DNA from: a virus
Taxonomy: Duplodnaviria > Caudoviricetes
Direction: 5' to 3' (one strand)
Length of the DNA: 60,679 bases
IMG/VR virus record: IMGVR_UViG_3300044724_003533
Location: 1-60,679 of that record
Part shown: piece after piece, positions 10,016-20,091 of the stretch
Numbering within the stretch: the first letter of the stretch is position 1
Layout: each line of letters starts with the position of its first letter
Notes under the pieces: generated by a model
The model's input: only the letters and a program-made list of their open reading frames with translations
The model's database searches: none
What the model was told of the DNA's origin: nothing
Program-made: the position numbers and the translations under genes

Positions 10016-11869
10016 TTAATATCCATTGTTTATTGTAAAATTACTTTCTACAGAGAACAATTGTTTTTCACCACCAGGATCTGTTGTTGTGTCTGTAGAG
10101 AAAGTTGCTAAAGCGTAAAAGCCTTTTATACCACTCATTGAACTACCCCAAATAACTTCGCTATCATTAGCAGAGCTATTATTTATTAGGTTAGCTACAT
10201 ATTTGTTTTCTTTTCTTTCAAAACCAGCATGATGAACTGGAAACTGTGGATTACCTGTTCCAAATACAGTTTCGTAATCAGATCTATTAGTTACACTAGT
10301 AAAGTTTATTGTTGTATTTTCTGTAAAATTACAACTATTATTAACTGTTAAAATTCCTAAACCATTAAAGTAAATGAAGTCTCCGGCGTTTATTTCTACA
10401 TCTGTATTAAATACCAGTTCTCCAGTTGAATTATTAAAAGAAACAACAGAGGTTCCTGATGGTATTCCATTTCCAGAAACTAAAGTACCAGCCGGTATAA
10501 TACTACTTGTCGACGTAACTGTTACCGTATCATTTACCGATTGACTTATCGCTTGAGCCTCAACAAGAACATATGAAGAGACTGTAGTGTCAGCAACAAC
10601 GCCAGTACCAGAAACCTCAGAATTTAAAACAGGATTTACGCTGGCATTTATTAAAACTAAAGTACCAGTAACTGTTTGTTTAACAGACGCAGATGAAGCA
10701 GCTTCAACAAATTCACCTTCATAATAACTATAAACACCACTAGTACTATCAAAATGAGATCTCCAGTCTATAACTGGTTGAGTGTCGGCTCCTGTTTGAT
10801 CTGAAACAATAGAGTCAACCATCCAACCATTAGCACCTTCATAAGCAACGGTGTTAAATGTTTTAGAATTAGAAGGCGCTGCATTGAAAGAAACTGTAAC
10901 TTTACTTTGATTATCTGTTCCGTAGAAATTACCTCTATTTGTATTAGAGTAATGCTCCCATATACCATCAGAGTTTGTGGTGTAAAACTTATTGTTTATG
11001 CTAAATATCTGACTAGGTCTAAACGTAAAGAAACTAACCCAACCTTTGGCACTTTCGTCAAAAGACAATGTATTATATCCTAGTTTAGCACCTGTATTAG
11101 CCACTTGAGTAGATGCAACATACTGGCTGTTATACGTGTCATAACCGCCAAGTATTAATCCAGTGCTTGAGTTTGTGTTTATTCTATTAACTTCATCTCT
11201 AAAGTAATCTTTCATACCGTAAGATGATATTTCATCTATACCGCTGCTTGAAAGTCTTAATATACAGTTATTGTTAGTATCTGAAAAATACTTAGCATAG
11301 CCATATACAGCAAAGCTTTCAGGGTTTTTACTTATGCCATACTCGCCAGAATAAGGAACTATTTGACCTATAACAAGATTAGTAGATGTTACAGATCCTC
11401 CACCTTCAGCATTGTATATAGCATCTTTATCTATAAGAGCTCTTGATACTTTATTTTCTTGGAATATAACTAAGTTTGTATCTTCAGCAAATAATCTTTG
11501 TATAGAAGCATTAGCTGGATCTGCTGTTTTAGTTATATCTTCACCAACAGAAAACACGTTTGTTTGATTAATACCAGTTCTAGAATTAAATATACCAGAG
11601 TATATTAAAGAGCTAGATCTAAAAGAAGCTTTATTGTTATCTTCTACTATATATGCTTTAACTCCAAAATCAACAGTTGTATTGTTGTAACCACCTCGTA
11701 TTCTAGATTCTTCTATAGCCCAGTTTTTATCATCAGAAGAAGAAACTCTTTCATAACCACCTATATCTTCGGGTATACCAAAAGAACCATTCCATATTGG
11801 TTCGTCTTGATTATTTGTCTTTTTAAGAATAAAAGTGTTAAAGTATTTTACTTCTACTACTGCTCCCAT
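10016..11869 (-). CDS. Tail stabilisation / tubular-protein-B-like structural protein (C-terminal-type part)
   Basis: GEYGISKNPESF, YFSD, GGYD, KGWVSFFTF and KENKY motifs of crAss-like/Flavobacterium-phage stabilisation proteins. Confidence 0.65.
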   Translation of the reverse strand: MGAVVEVKYFNTFILKKTNNQDEPIWNGSFGIPEDIGGYERVSSSDDKNWAIEESRIRGGYNNTTVDFGVKAYIVEDNNKASFRSSSLIYSGIFNSRTGINQTNVFSVGEDITKTADPANASIQRLFAEDTNLVIFQENKVSRALIDKDAIYNAEGGGSVTSTNLVIGQIVPYSGEYGISKNPESFAVYGYAKYFSDTNNNCILRLSSSGIDEISSYGMKDYFRDEVNRINTNSSTGLILGGYDTYNSQYVASTQVANTGAKLGYNTLSFDESAKGWVSFFTFRPSQIFSINNKFYTTNSDGIWEHYSNTNRGNFYGTDNQSKVTVSFNAAPSNSKTFNTVAYEGANGWMVDSIVSDQTGADTQPVIDWRSHFDSTSGVYSYYEGEFVEAASSASVKQTVTGTLVLINASVNPVLNSEVSGTGVVADTTVSSYVLVEAQAISQSVNDTVTVTSTSSIIPAGTLVSGNGIPSGTSVVSFNNSTGELVFNTDVEINAGDFIYFNGLGILTVNNSCNFTENTTINFTSVTNRSDYETVFGTGNPQFPVHHAGFERKENKYVANLINNSSANDSEVIWGSSMSGIKGFYALATFSTDTTTDPGGEKQLFSVESNFTINNGY

Positions 11870-11875
11870 GCTTTA

Positions 11876-11904
11876 ATTATCACTTATTTTAATTTTAAAT
11901 TACA
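11876..11904 (-). promoter_or_regulatory. Class II promoter-like motif
   Basis: TGTAA-N15-AGTGATAAT on the minus strand, ending 7 nt before the ATG at 11869. Confidence 0.6.
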
Positions 11905-11905
11905 A

Positions 11906-14900
11906 CTACGTTATGGTAAATAAATAGTTTGATGTTGAAGGAACCAACGGTACATTTGTACCAGTTCCAGCAGTTAATGTCCAAGTATAAGCGAAAGAAC
12001 TTCCTCCATACACCAAACAACCTCCAATTATTGTTTGATTTGTAGCAATAACATTTTTTAAAGTAGCTATGTCTACAAATTTAGCTGTCCAACCTTCTGT
12101 AGCCATGTTTCCGGTTCCAGTACCTCCTGTTGGATTTATTATAATATTGCTACTACCATTGCTAGATACTAAATTTTGCCAACTTGAAAATTCGCCACCT
12201 TGATTTCCACTTAGCCAAGCATACCACCCATTAACATTTGTACCACCTATTAAGCCACCATTAGGATCACAAACTCTAACAAATATAAATTTTCCTTCAT
12301 AAGAAACTCCTGTAGATGTATTTCCTGAACAGTTCCTATAATAACCTTCTAAAGTCCACTCTTGTAAATCACATATAACTAAACCAGTATTTACTATAGC
12401 TTGACATTGTACTGAGTCTCCTGGATCAGATACTTCATATGTTATAGTGTAAACATCTGAAGGCATATTTGCATCTTGATAACCAGTGTTAACTAAGTCT
12501 ATTTTTGCCGCTGAATTGAATGAAGCAGCGCCTGGGTTTTCTAAAGCAAAATAACCTGGACTCAATGTTTCTTCCCCGGGTGTTCCAGCGCCTCTAACTT
12601 CACTTATTTTAGTAAAAGTTAAATCCTTATGTCTTTGGCTATTGCCAAGCAAATCTGATGATCTCCAACCAGCGCCATTAACAGCTTTTAATTCACCAAT
12701 ATACCTAACGTTTGTTCCGCCGGGATAAAATGGAGCTAAAGGACAATCGTCCCAAAGTTCTGAAGAGTTAGCCGTATTTAATATTTGACCCTCTCCAACT
12801 GTTACAGCCGCAGAAACCTCTAGTTGACCTGGTGTTCCAGTTTGTAAAGTAGCAGAGGAGTTACTGGTAAACGCCGGCACTGTTATGTTGTTATTAACAG
12901 TTACAGTTGTTTGACCAACAACAGGCGTGTCTGCTTGTTTAGAAACGATATATGTTCCAGAAGGAACACTTCCAAAAGTGTTTGATGTAGATCTATATAG
13001 TATGTTATCTATATCTATAATTAAAGCCGCCCAATCGTATACTACAAAAGTGTTACTGTTAGAAACAGCATTTACAACTCCAAAAGATTGTAGTGGATCT
13101 CCTGGTGATGTAAAAGCAGTTCCAGTGGTTTGTAGTCCAGCTGGTAAAGGATAAGAAATATCTAATGTTGTAACATCCCAACCCGTACCTATATCTTCAC
13201 TACCTGTATATACTTTTATATCTGTTACAGAAGTTTGATCTTTTAAAACCTTTACATCTGAGGTGTTTCCAGTTGATGTTGGTATGTGTGGTTGTGTGTT
13301 GCCTAGACTTAAGTTTTGAGTTATGGCTATGGGTAGTCCATTCACAGTAGCTGAAAAAGTCAACGTAAAGTTTCTAGCTCCTTCGTCAGTTCCGTAATAT
13401 ATTTCAGCTACAAAACCACTCGCAGTTTTAAGCATATATTCATAACTACCAGGTGATGTTTCTTCAAAAGAAAATACAGGATTAGCAAATCCAAGCGCGG
13501 TGTATTCTGTTTGAACATTTATTCCATTATCATCAATAACACTATCTAAAGCTAAAGGTACATCAATATCTCCAGATGGTATAGCTGCTCCGAAGTTATC
13601 AACTAAATAAATAGGTGCTTGCAAACAGTTTTCACCAGATCTTAAACTTTCGTTGAAAGGATTATCATTCCAGTTTGAAAGACCGGCAGCACCGCTACCA
13701 CCTTCATTTTCATTTATTATAACATCGTTTATGTCTTGTATAAATCCAGTTGTTGATGTTTCCCAAAATATATCTAGTAAGCTTTTAACTGGTTCTGTTT
13801 CATAAACAGCTAAGTATTGTATACCTGGTGTTTCAGCGCTATATACATTTATTGAGTCTCCAAGAGTAACTGGCACAGCTGTAGAAACAACTAAACTATC
13901 TGCTTCGTTAAAATCTAGAAGTTGACCACCTGTTACTTGAACCACATTATTAACTTCAATTTCTAACGGAGGACTCGCTATAGATCCTGAAACGTTTAAA
14001 ACAACAGTTCCCTCAGGAACACCTGTTGTTGTTTCAACTATTAAACCTGGTACTATAGGGTCAGGGTCTACACTTAAAGACGAAAGTTCAAAAGTAGTTC
14101 CTGTAAAACCAGTTCCACCAACAGTACCTTGTCTTACGAAGCCACCCGCGGTAAAACCAGATCCAGCAACAACTAAGTCATCTGGAAACCCTGGTCCAAC
14201 AACTTCGTCTCCAATTTCTATGTCAGCTGATTGTCCAGAAACAGAAGTTAATTGAAGCGTGTCAGTAGTAGCTGTAACAGCTATAATACCACTAACCGCG
14301 GTAAAGTTTACATCAGCAACTTGCCCTATTTGTTTAGCCGTATTTATTCTAGCTATATAAGGATTAGATTCTACAGAGTAGAATTGAGGAAAATAATTTG
14401 GAGCTGGAGGATCTTGAGGGTTATAATCAAAAAGATCTATATTTGTAGCTACAGTTGACGCAAAATCAAAAGTTCTACCTGGATAATACTGTAAATTACT
14501 ATCACCGATGTTGCCTAAAGTTTCTGAAACTTCTACGTTTGAATTTTCAACTCTACCATATAGTTTAACAGAACTTCTAAACTGCTCTTGATCTGGACCA
14601 ACTTCGGTTAAATCTCTAGGTACTTTATTTATGTTATCACTTATTAAAGCTACGTGCGATGTTTTACCAATTTCTAAGCTTGTATTGTTTGGATATGCAG
14701 CCATTATACCAGGCAAATACACATTGTAATACTCTTGCTCGGTTTGCTTGACGACAACTTTAAATGTATACCAACCAAGAGGGTTATAATCACCAGACGT
14801 TGGATCTCCATTGTACACGCCTGGATCACCTGTAGTTGCTATTGTTTCGTTAAACAACATTTTTATAGAATTACCCCTCCATTCATCTGGTTGAACACTA

Positions 14901-17107
14901 GAGTCAATATATGGAGAGTATACGGTAGAACCTATAAATTTATTTTCACCGATTGTTATTAAGTCTTTATTGTCAGATAATATAACTCCTGATTGTCTAC
15001 CATATCTATCAGACAAAATAACTCCAACTTGATAGTTTCTATTTGTTTTTACACTATGGTTTGGATATTCTATAACGCTGCTAGTGTTTTTTGTGTCACC
15101 ACCTGGCTCTATTATTATAACTTGACCTAAATTTATATTAGCTGTTGTAGCATTGTCTATAGTTATTGTACCTGTGTTTCCACCTCCAGCTGTAACACTT
15201 GTTACTAGCGTTCCTTCTGGAATACCTGGACATATAACTATATAACCTATTTGTATAGTTGATCCGCCTTTAGGAGTATAGTTCGTAAAAGTTATTGTTG
15301 TAGAGCCAGAGGGTATAGCATCAGCGTCAACAGTTACTTCGTTTAAGCTAAATTCGCTTTTTTCTGTAACAGCCACATTATAGTTCAAATGATCTGGCGC
15401 TGAGTGTTTGTTTTGAAAGTTACCATATATAACTCTATTTCCAGATACTTCTTGAGCAAAAGCTCGTACTGGTATTTTATCATAAACTCTTATTAAGTCT
15501 TTTTCTGGTAATGTTTTAAAAGGTTTTTTAGACTCGTAGTTGTATAAATAGTAATCTGTTTCACCTATTGTTAAAACAGTATCTTCAGCTATAGTTTGTG
15601 CTGAACTTAATGTTATTGTCCCAGAAGTACTAGGGTTTTCATCTGGATTATCTGGCTCGTAATCATCTACAGTCACAACTGAGCTGCCTAATATACCGAA
15701 GCCTGTTATTCTATCGCCTACGTTTATACCGCCCTGAACATTATCAACAGTAAGAGTTGTTGTGGTTGTAGCTGCCGCTGCTTGACAAGTTGCTGCTGCG
15801 TTGAATATAGTATTAATATCAATAGAATCTACAACTTTAACAGACGGTTCATCTGATTCTTTGTAAAGTATTTCTAGTGATTTTACTTTTAATTTATTTT
15901 GTAATTCGTAGTTATCAAAGGGAAGTGGTATTCTAAGTTCTATGTTGTTTACTTTATTTTCCATAAAAGAAACTATAGAACTTCTAAAAGCTGCGTCTTG
16001 ATCATTTACATCTTGCACATTATCTGCTTCATCTTTTTTAACGTACATGAAATAACCGTCTTGCTTTGGTATAAATGTAGATTGTGTAAATGTAGAAAAC
16101 AAAGAGTACTCGTCGTCATCGAATTTAAATCTATATCCAAATCTAACAAATTTATCTTCTAAATAAGTAGGATCGCCAGCATAATCTTTATTGTAATAGG
16201 GATTTGCGTTAAAAACTATACTTTGAGTTATTTTATCTAATTCAGGCAAAGTACCACCAGTAACTGTTATTTCCCACGCGTTGGTGGAGTCATTGTAAGT
16301 AAAACTATCAACTGTAACGCCTGAGACTTCTACTATAGATGAAGGAATTGATTTTGTTGTATAATAAATTTTTGCACCAGTAGTCCCATATGTGCCAGGC
16401 ACTACTATATCACCTTCTAACGTGCTTAAGTTTACCTGCGTATCACCAGCTGTTACATCGTCTTTTATAATTCCTTTTCCTCCGTTTGGCAAATAAAAGC
16501 TAGATACATCTTTCATTGTTGACTCGTAATCTCCAGATGACAATTCACTTTCGGTAAATAGTTCTATAGCTTTATGAGGATTATATTTTGCTACAGATAT
16601 TTGATCTTCTGTTGTATAATACCTAGTTATTGTGCTAGCTTTTTGTATATTTATTTTTCTTGGCTGATTTCTATTATCTGTCCAAAACAATAAATTTTCC
16701 AATACATTCACGCCGTATATAGGGTGTTTAGTAGAAAAGTTTAAAAAAGCACCTTCAACTAAAGTTGTTAACGTGTTTGTATTTGAGTTGAATGCTATTA
16801 TAAAATGCTTCGCTGATGGATTATAGTAGTTTATATTACCATTGTGGTTAGTATAAAATAAATAAGCAACACCTGTAGAGTCGTCAACAACTTGGCCTAT
16901 ACAACTTAAGTTGCTAGTTCCGGTGTGATCACCTACATCAGCCGATTTTGTATTACCTAATACATTTTCTAAAGATCCAACTTCATCACCTTCAGATTTA
17001 TTAACCTGCACATTGACAGCATCTCTATATTCATTTTTGTCTAATATGCGAGCATCCAAGTCTTTATTCATCTTGGATTTTAAAAACGTATTTTTAGCTT
17101 TAGCCAT
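11906..17107 (-). CDS. Tail stabilisation protein (P22 gp10 / crAss muzzle-like) with inserted beta-rich repeats
   Basis: N-terminal KMNKDLDAR..EYRDAVN, LFWTDNRNQPRKIN, FGYRFKF..EYS and GNRVIYGNF motifs; 1733 aa. Confidence 0.7.
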   Translation of the reverse strand: MAKAKNTFLKSKMNKDLDARILDKNEYRDAVNVQVNKSEGDEVGSLENVLGNTKSADVGDHTGTSNLSCIGQVVDDSTGVAYLFYTNHNGNINYYNPSAKHFIIAFNSNTNTLTTLVEGAFLNFSTKHPIYGVNVLENLLFWTDNRNQPRKINIQKASTITRYYTTEDQISVAKYNPHKAIELFTESELSSGDYESTMKDVSSFYLPNGGKGIIKDDVTAGDTQVNLSTLEGDIVVPGTYGTTGAKIYYTTKSIPSSIVEVSGVTVDSFTYNDSTNAWEITVTGGTLPELDKITQSIVFNANPYYNKDYAGDPTYLEDKFVRFGYRFKFDDDEYSLFSTFTQSTFIPKQDGYFMYVKKDEADNVQDVNDQDAAFRSSIVSFMENKVNNIELRIPLPFDNYELQNKLKVKSLEILYKESDEPSVKVVDSIDINTIFNAAATCQAAAATTTTTLTVDNVQGGINVGDRITGFGILGSSVVTVDDYEPDNPDENPSTSGTITLSSAQTIAEDTVLTIGETDYYLYNYESKKPFKTLPEKDLIRVYDKIPVRAFAQEVSGNRVIYGNFQNKHSAPDHLNYNVAVTEKSEFSLNEVTVDADAIPSGSTTITFTNYTPKGGSTIQIGYIVICPGIPEGTLVTSVTAGGGNTGTITIDNATTANINLGQVIIIEPGGDTKNTSSVIEYPNHSVKTNRNYQVGVILSDRYGRQSGVILSDNKDLITIGENKFIGSTVYSPYIDSSVQPDEWRGNSIKMLFNETIATTGDPGVYNGDPTSGDYNPLGWYTFKVVVKQTEQEYYNVYLPGIMAAYPNNTSLEIGKTSHVALISDNINKVPRDLTEVGPDQEQFRSSVKLYGRVENSNVEVSETLGNIGDSNLQYYPGRTFDFASTVATNIDLFDYNPQDPPAPNYFPQFYSVESNPYIARINTAKQIGQVADVNFTAVSGIIAVTATTDTLQLTSVSGQSADIEIGDEVVGPGFPDDLVVAGSGFTAGGFVRQGTVGGTGFTGTTFELSSLSVDPDPIVPGLIVETTTGVPEGTVVLNVSGSIASPPLEIEVNNVVQVTGGQLLDFNEADSLVVSTAVPVTLGDSINVYSAETPGIQYLAVYETEPVKSLLDIFWETSTTGFIQDINDVIINENEGGSGAAGLSNWNDNPFNESLRSGENCLQAPIYLVDNFGAAIPSGDIDVPLALDSVIDDNGINVQTEYTALGFANPVFSFEETSPGSYEYMLKTASGFVAEIYYGTDEGARNFTLTFSATVNGLPIAITQNLSLGNTQPHIPTSTGNTSDVKVLKDQTSVTDIKVYTGSEDIGTGWDVTTLDISYPLPAGLQTTGTAFTSPGDPLQSFGVVNAVSNSNTFVVYDWAALIIDIDNILYRSTSNTFGSVPSGTYIVSKQADTPVVGQTTVTVNNNITVPAFTSNSSATLQTGTPGQLEVSAAVTVGEGQILNTANSSELWDDCPLAPFYPGGTNVRYIGELKAVNGAGWRSSDLLGNSQRHKDLTFTKISEVRGAGTPGEETLSPGYFALENPGAASFNSAAKIDLVNTGYQDANMPSDVYTITYEVSDPGDSVQCQAIVNTGLVICDLQEWTLEGYYRNCSGNTSTGVSYEGKFIFVRVCDPNGGLIGGTNVNGWYAWLSGNQGGEFSSWQNLVSSNGSSNIIINPTGGTGTGNMATEGWTAKFVDIATLKNVIATNQTIIGGCLVYGGSSFAYTWTLTAGTGTNVPLVPSTSNYLFTIT

Positions 17108-17113
17108 TTAATT

Positions 17114-18340
17114 TTAGTGTTTTATCCATTTAGACTTACCTCTCATAACTTGAACTATTTCAGTTAGTTTTATGTTAGATAATCTAATCTTTGCGTTTCT
17201 AAGTTTAGAGCTTTTATCTCTTCTAAGTCTTTGAACTAGATATTCAGGTTGATTTGCTCTAGTAGATACTATATAATGTAGTATAGAAGCATATAGAGCT
17301 TCTTCTGCAAGCTTAGGTACTTTAGTGTCTTTGTCATAAGCTAAGCCGTCAGATATGTATTCTAATACAATAAGTCTATCAGCTAAGTCGCTTGAAAAAG
17401 ACATTTTACCTTCTCTTTCGTTTATAGTAAAATAACCATTTACATTAGCATATTGAGGGTCTGTTCCGTAAAATTGACCTAAGTTCCAGTTACCGTTATA
17501 ACCATAGGCTTCACTGAAATAAGCCCAATCATCTAAATTCAAGTTGTTGTTTAATAAATCTATATTAAGTTTTTTCCATCGCTCTTCAGTTATAGAAGTT
17601 CCTTCTACGTTTTCACCAAAGTTATCTTGAACAGGAATACCAGTCGCGTCTTGAACCGGCGTGTTGTAAGGCACTATAGTTAAGTTGTTAGTTGGAAACA
17701 AAGGTCTTTTAACACCAGCTGTGTCTATCCAAGAAACGTTTACATAGTTCACGTAGTCTTGAGGAAGCACGATGCTTAGACTAGCTGGCACTGTTAACTC
17801 TTGAGAATGTATGCTTTTTAAAGTATCATAACTAAACTCTTGTAGAGACCTTTTAGCAAAGAATAATACGTCAGATTTTTTAGCTGTTTGAATTATTTTA
17901 CCATCACCAACATAGCCAACCATAAAGTTATCTATAGCATCGTTAAGTGTTATGTATTGATATCCTCCATAGTTGTCTTCAACAGTTTCTCCAAACGCGT
18001 CTTGAGTTCCATAGTTACCACCACTAAGTGTTTTTAATTGAACAACAACAAAAGTGTTTTGAGGTAATAAAACCGGCGTAGCTTGTGTGCCTATGTATAT
18101 TGTATTATTGCTTACTTCATATTCGCTAGTGTACTCTGTAAAACTTCCTGGCAAACCAGTAGAACTAGTGTATAACTTAAAGTTATTTAAAGCGTAATTT
18201 GTTTCTGTATTATCATATGATCCAAAAACTAAGTTTGTGTTAAAATTAGTAACAAATGAGCTTTGTCCAGCCGCGTCTGAAACTAAAAAAGGTTGAGCAC
18301 CTTGATAATACTGTTGATTTGTTTCTGTTACCAAACTCAT
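17114..18340 (-). CDS. Structural tail ring protein
   Basis: LPQDYVNYV and VLEYISDG motifs typical of ring/tubular proteins; gene position. Confidence 0.6.
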   Translation of the reverse strand: MSLVTETNQQYYQGAQPFLVSDAAGQSSFVTNFNTNLVFGSYDNTETNYALNNFKLYTSSTGLPGSFTEYTSEYEVSNNTIYIGTQATPVLLPQNTFVVVQLKTLSGGNYGTQDAFGETVEDNYGGYQYITLNDAIDNFMVGYVGDGKIIQTAKKSDVLFFAKRSLQEFSYDTLKSIHSQELTVPASLSIVLPQDYVNYVNVSWIDTAGVKRPLFPTNNLTIVPYNTPVQDATGIPVQDNFGENVEGTSITEERWKKLNIDLLNNNLNLDDWAYFSEAYGYNGNWNLGQFYGTDPQYANVNGYFTINEREGKMSFSSDLADRLIVLEYISDGLAYDKDTKVPKLAEEALYASILHYIVSTRANQPEYLVQRLRRDKSSKLRNAKIRLSNIKLTEIVQVMRGKSKWIKH

Positions 18341-18344
18341 TTAA

Positions 18345-19124
18345 TTAAGATTTTTCGTTTATTTCAATTTTTTGAGCTTCTTGCTCAGCAGCTTGTATTA
18401 TTGTTGGATCTTTAACTATAATACCGCAATATTTTAATATATTTATTATTATATTATTTTTTTCTGAAATATCAAGTTGAAAGTTTACCGTTGAAGATCC
18501 TGATGTACCAGAAGGACTAAATAAATATTGACCAAGCGCGCCAATAGTAAAACCCCAACTAGGCGGAGTTGGCTTAAACAAACAGTTAACATTTAATGTG
18601 TTCGGACTAGGATTAATCTTAAGCAGCATTTGATTTACTGTGCTTGGAAAAATAGGTGTAGATGTTGTTGTAGTTAAGCACAAAGGATAGTTTTGAGTAG
18701 GTGCTGTTAATTTAGATTTACTTATTTTTAAATAATCTTTTCTACTAGAAAGCTGAACGCTTGAAGTTGTTATAGGATTTCCACCACTATATGTAGCAGA
18801 TATTTCACCTATTTTGTATAATGTTTTTGATCCATTATAAACCCATCCATCATTTGTTTGGTTGTAAGTAAAAGCAACTTCTTGTTCAAATGGATATAGT
18901 TTATATGATATATCTTTAAAAATATCAAAAAACTCTGTATCATTTTGAGAGTTTGTTTGATTTTTTCTGTTTTGTTGATTACCGTCTGGAAAGTAAGACT
19001 GAAATATTTCGTCTTGAACTTGCTCTGCTATACTATTAAACTCAGATGGGGTTATGTATCCTCTTTGCTCTTTGTTTAATATATACAAGACCGTTTGATA
19101 TACTGTGTTTACGCTTACTGCCAT
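18345..19124 (-). CDS. Tail ring / tubular-protein-A-like adaptor
   Basis: LNKEQRGYITPSEFN N-terminal motif and KPTPPSWG. Confidence 0.6.
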   Translation of the reverse strand: MAVSVNTVYQTVLYILNKEQRGYITPSEFNSIAEQVQDEIFQSYFPDGNQQNRKNQTNSQNDTEFFDIFKDISYKLYPFEQEVAFTYNQTNDGWVYNGSKTLYKIGEISATYSGGNPITTSSVQLSSRKDYLKISKSKLTAPTQNYPLCLTTTTSTPIFPSTVNQMLLKINPSPNTLNVNCLFKPTPPSWGFTIGALGQYLFSPSGTSGSSTVNFQLDISEKNNIIINILKYCGIIVKDPTIIQAAEQEAQKIEINEKS

Positions 19125-19142
19125 TTTATATATTTTTATACT

Positions 19143-19164
19143 AAAAAGGCGGCCGAAACCGCCT
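19143..19164 (-). terminator. Intrinsic terminator-like hairpin
   Basis: Minus strand reads AGGCGG-TTTCGG-CCGCCT followed by a T tract, downstream of 19186..20016. Confidence 0.65.
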
Positions 19165-19171
19165 ATGTTAT

Positions 19172-19200
19172 AGTATCACTTGTTTTTATAGTTTTTTATC
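19172..19200 (-). promoter_or_regulatory. Class II promoter-like motif (variant)
   Basis: GATAA-N15-AGTGATACT upstream of 18345..19124. Confidence 0.45.
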
Positions 19201-20016
19201 TATAGATTTATAGATTTCAACACCTTCGTCTGTTTTAAGGAAAGCAGCAAAGGCTGAATAAGGATTTTCATCAAAAGGTACGTTCATTAGTTTTCTACCA
19301 TTTGAACCCCATGTAAATGTTCTCTGATCTTGAGACAGTACTATAACACCTGCTTCAGCAGCTCTAATAGCAATGTTTCTTAACTGAACATTATCGTCAT
19401 TAGCTAGTTGAATAAATAATTGTGGGTTATTTCTAGCAAATAGCATTAGATCTCTTTTTATTTCTTTAGAGCTCATTGAAGAAACTTTAGAACCTAACTC
19501 AACTCTCAGTATAGCTTCACCATGATCTATATCTATATTTCTAGCCGCGTTCATTGCGTCAACTTGAAGATCTAATATATCTAATTGATCTGTAGCTTCT
19601 TCTACGGCGCTAAATTCTTCATATAGTTTACCTCTTAAAGGGTGATATAATGATAGTAGCTTTTGTAAGTTTTGTTTTTCTTTTGGAACTTTTAAGTCTC
19701 CATCTTTAAATGTAATATGACCTAATGTAGCTTCTCCTTTTTGGTCTTCAACTAAAGGTGAGCTTTGATTAGTAGCATATCTAATTTCTTTTTGAACACC
19801 AGATTCTTCGTCAAAATATAATAAAGAATGTTTAGAAGTGTGTCTACTTGGTATTGTTAAAGTTAACGGTGATTTATTACCTTTTAAATAATAAATTCTA
19901 TCTTTAATTTCCCAACTTGGTTTAGTTGGTTTTGGTTGTGTTTTTACTGGTGCTTCTTTCACAACAGTTTCTTGAGGTGCAACCTCAACAGCTTCTGCTT
20001 TAGCTTTTTTAGCCAT
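19186..20016 (-). CDS. Conserved hypothetical protein following the major capsid gene
   Basis: 276-aa ORF with IRYATNQSSP and LSLYHP; position in the head module. Confidence 0.55.
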   Translation of the reverse strand: MAKKAKAEAVEVAPQETVVKEAPVKTQPKPTKPSWEIKDRIYYLKGNKSPLTLTIPSRHTSKHSLLYFDEESGVQKEIRYATNQSSPLVEDQKGEATLGHITFKDGDLKVPKEKQNLQKLLSLYHPLRGKLYEEFSAVEEATDQLDILDLQVDAMNAARNIDIDHGEAILRVELGSKVSSMSSKEIKRDLMLFARNNPQLFIQLANDDNVQLRNIAIRAAEAGVIVLSQDQRTFTWGSNGRKLMNVPFDENPYSAFAAFLKTDEGVEIYKSIDKKL

Positions 20017-20040
20017 AATATAATAAAATTAAATAGTTAT

Positions 20041-20076
20041 AAAAATAATACCCCGCCCGAAGACGGGGATATTATT
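20041..20076 (-). terminator. Intrinsic terminator after the major capsid gene
   Basis: Minus strand AATAATATCCCCGTC-TTCG-GGCGGGGTATTATTTTT: long stem, UUCG loop, U tract. Confidence 0.8.
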
Positions 20077-20091
20077 AAGTTTGAATCGTTA

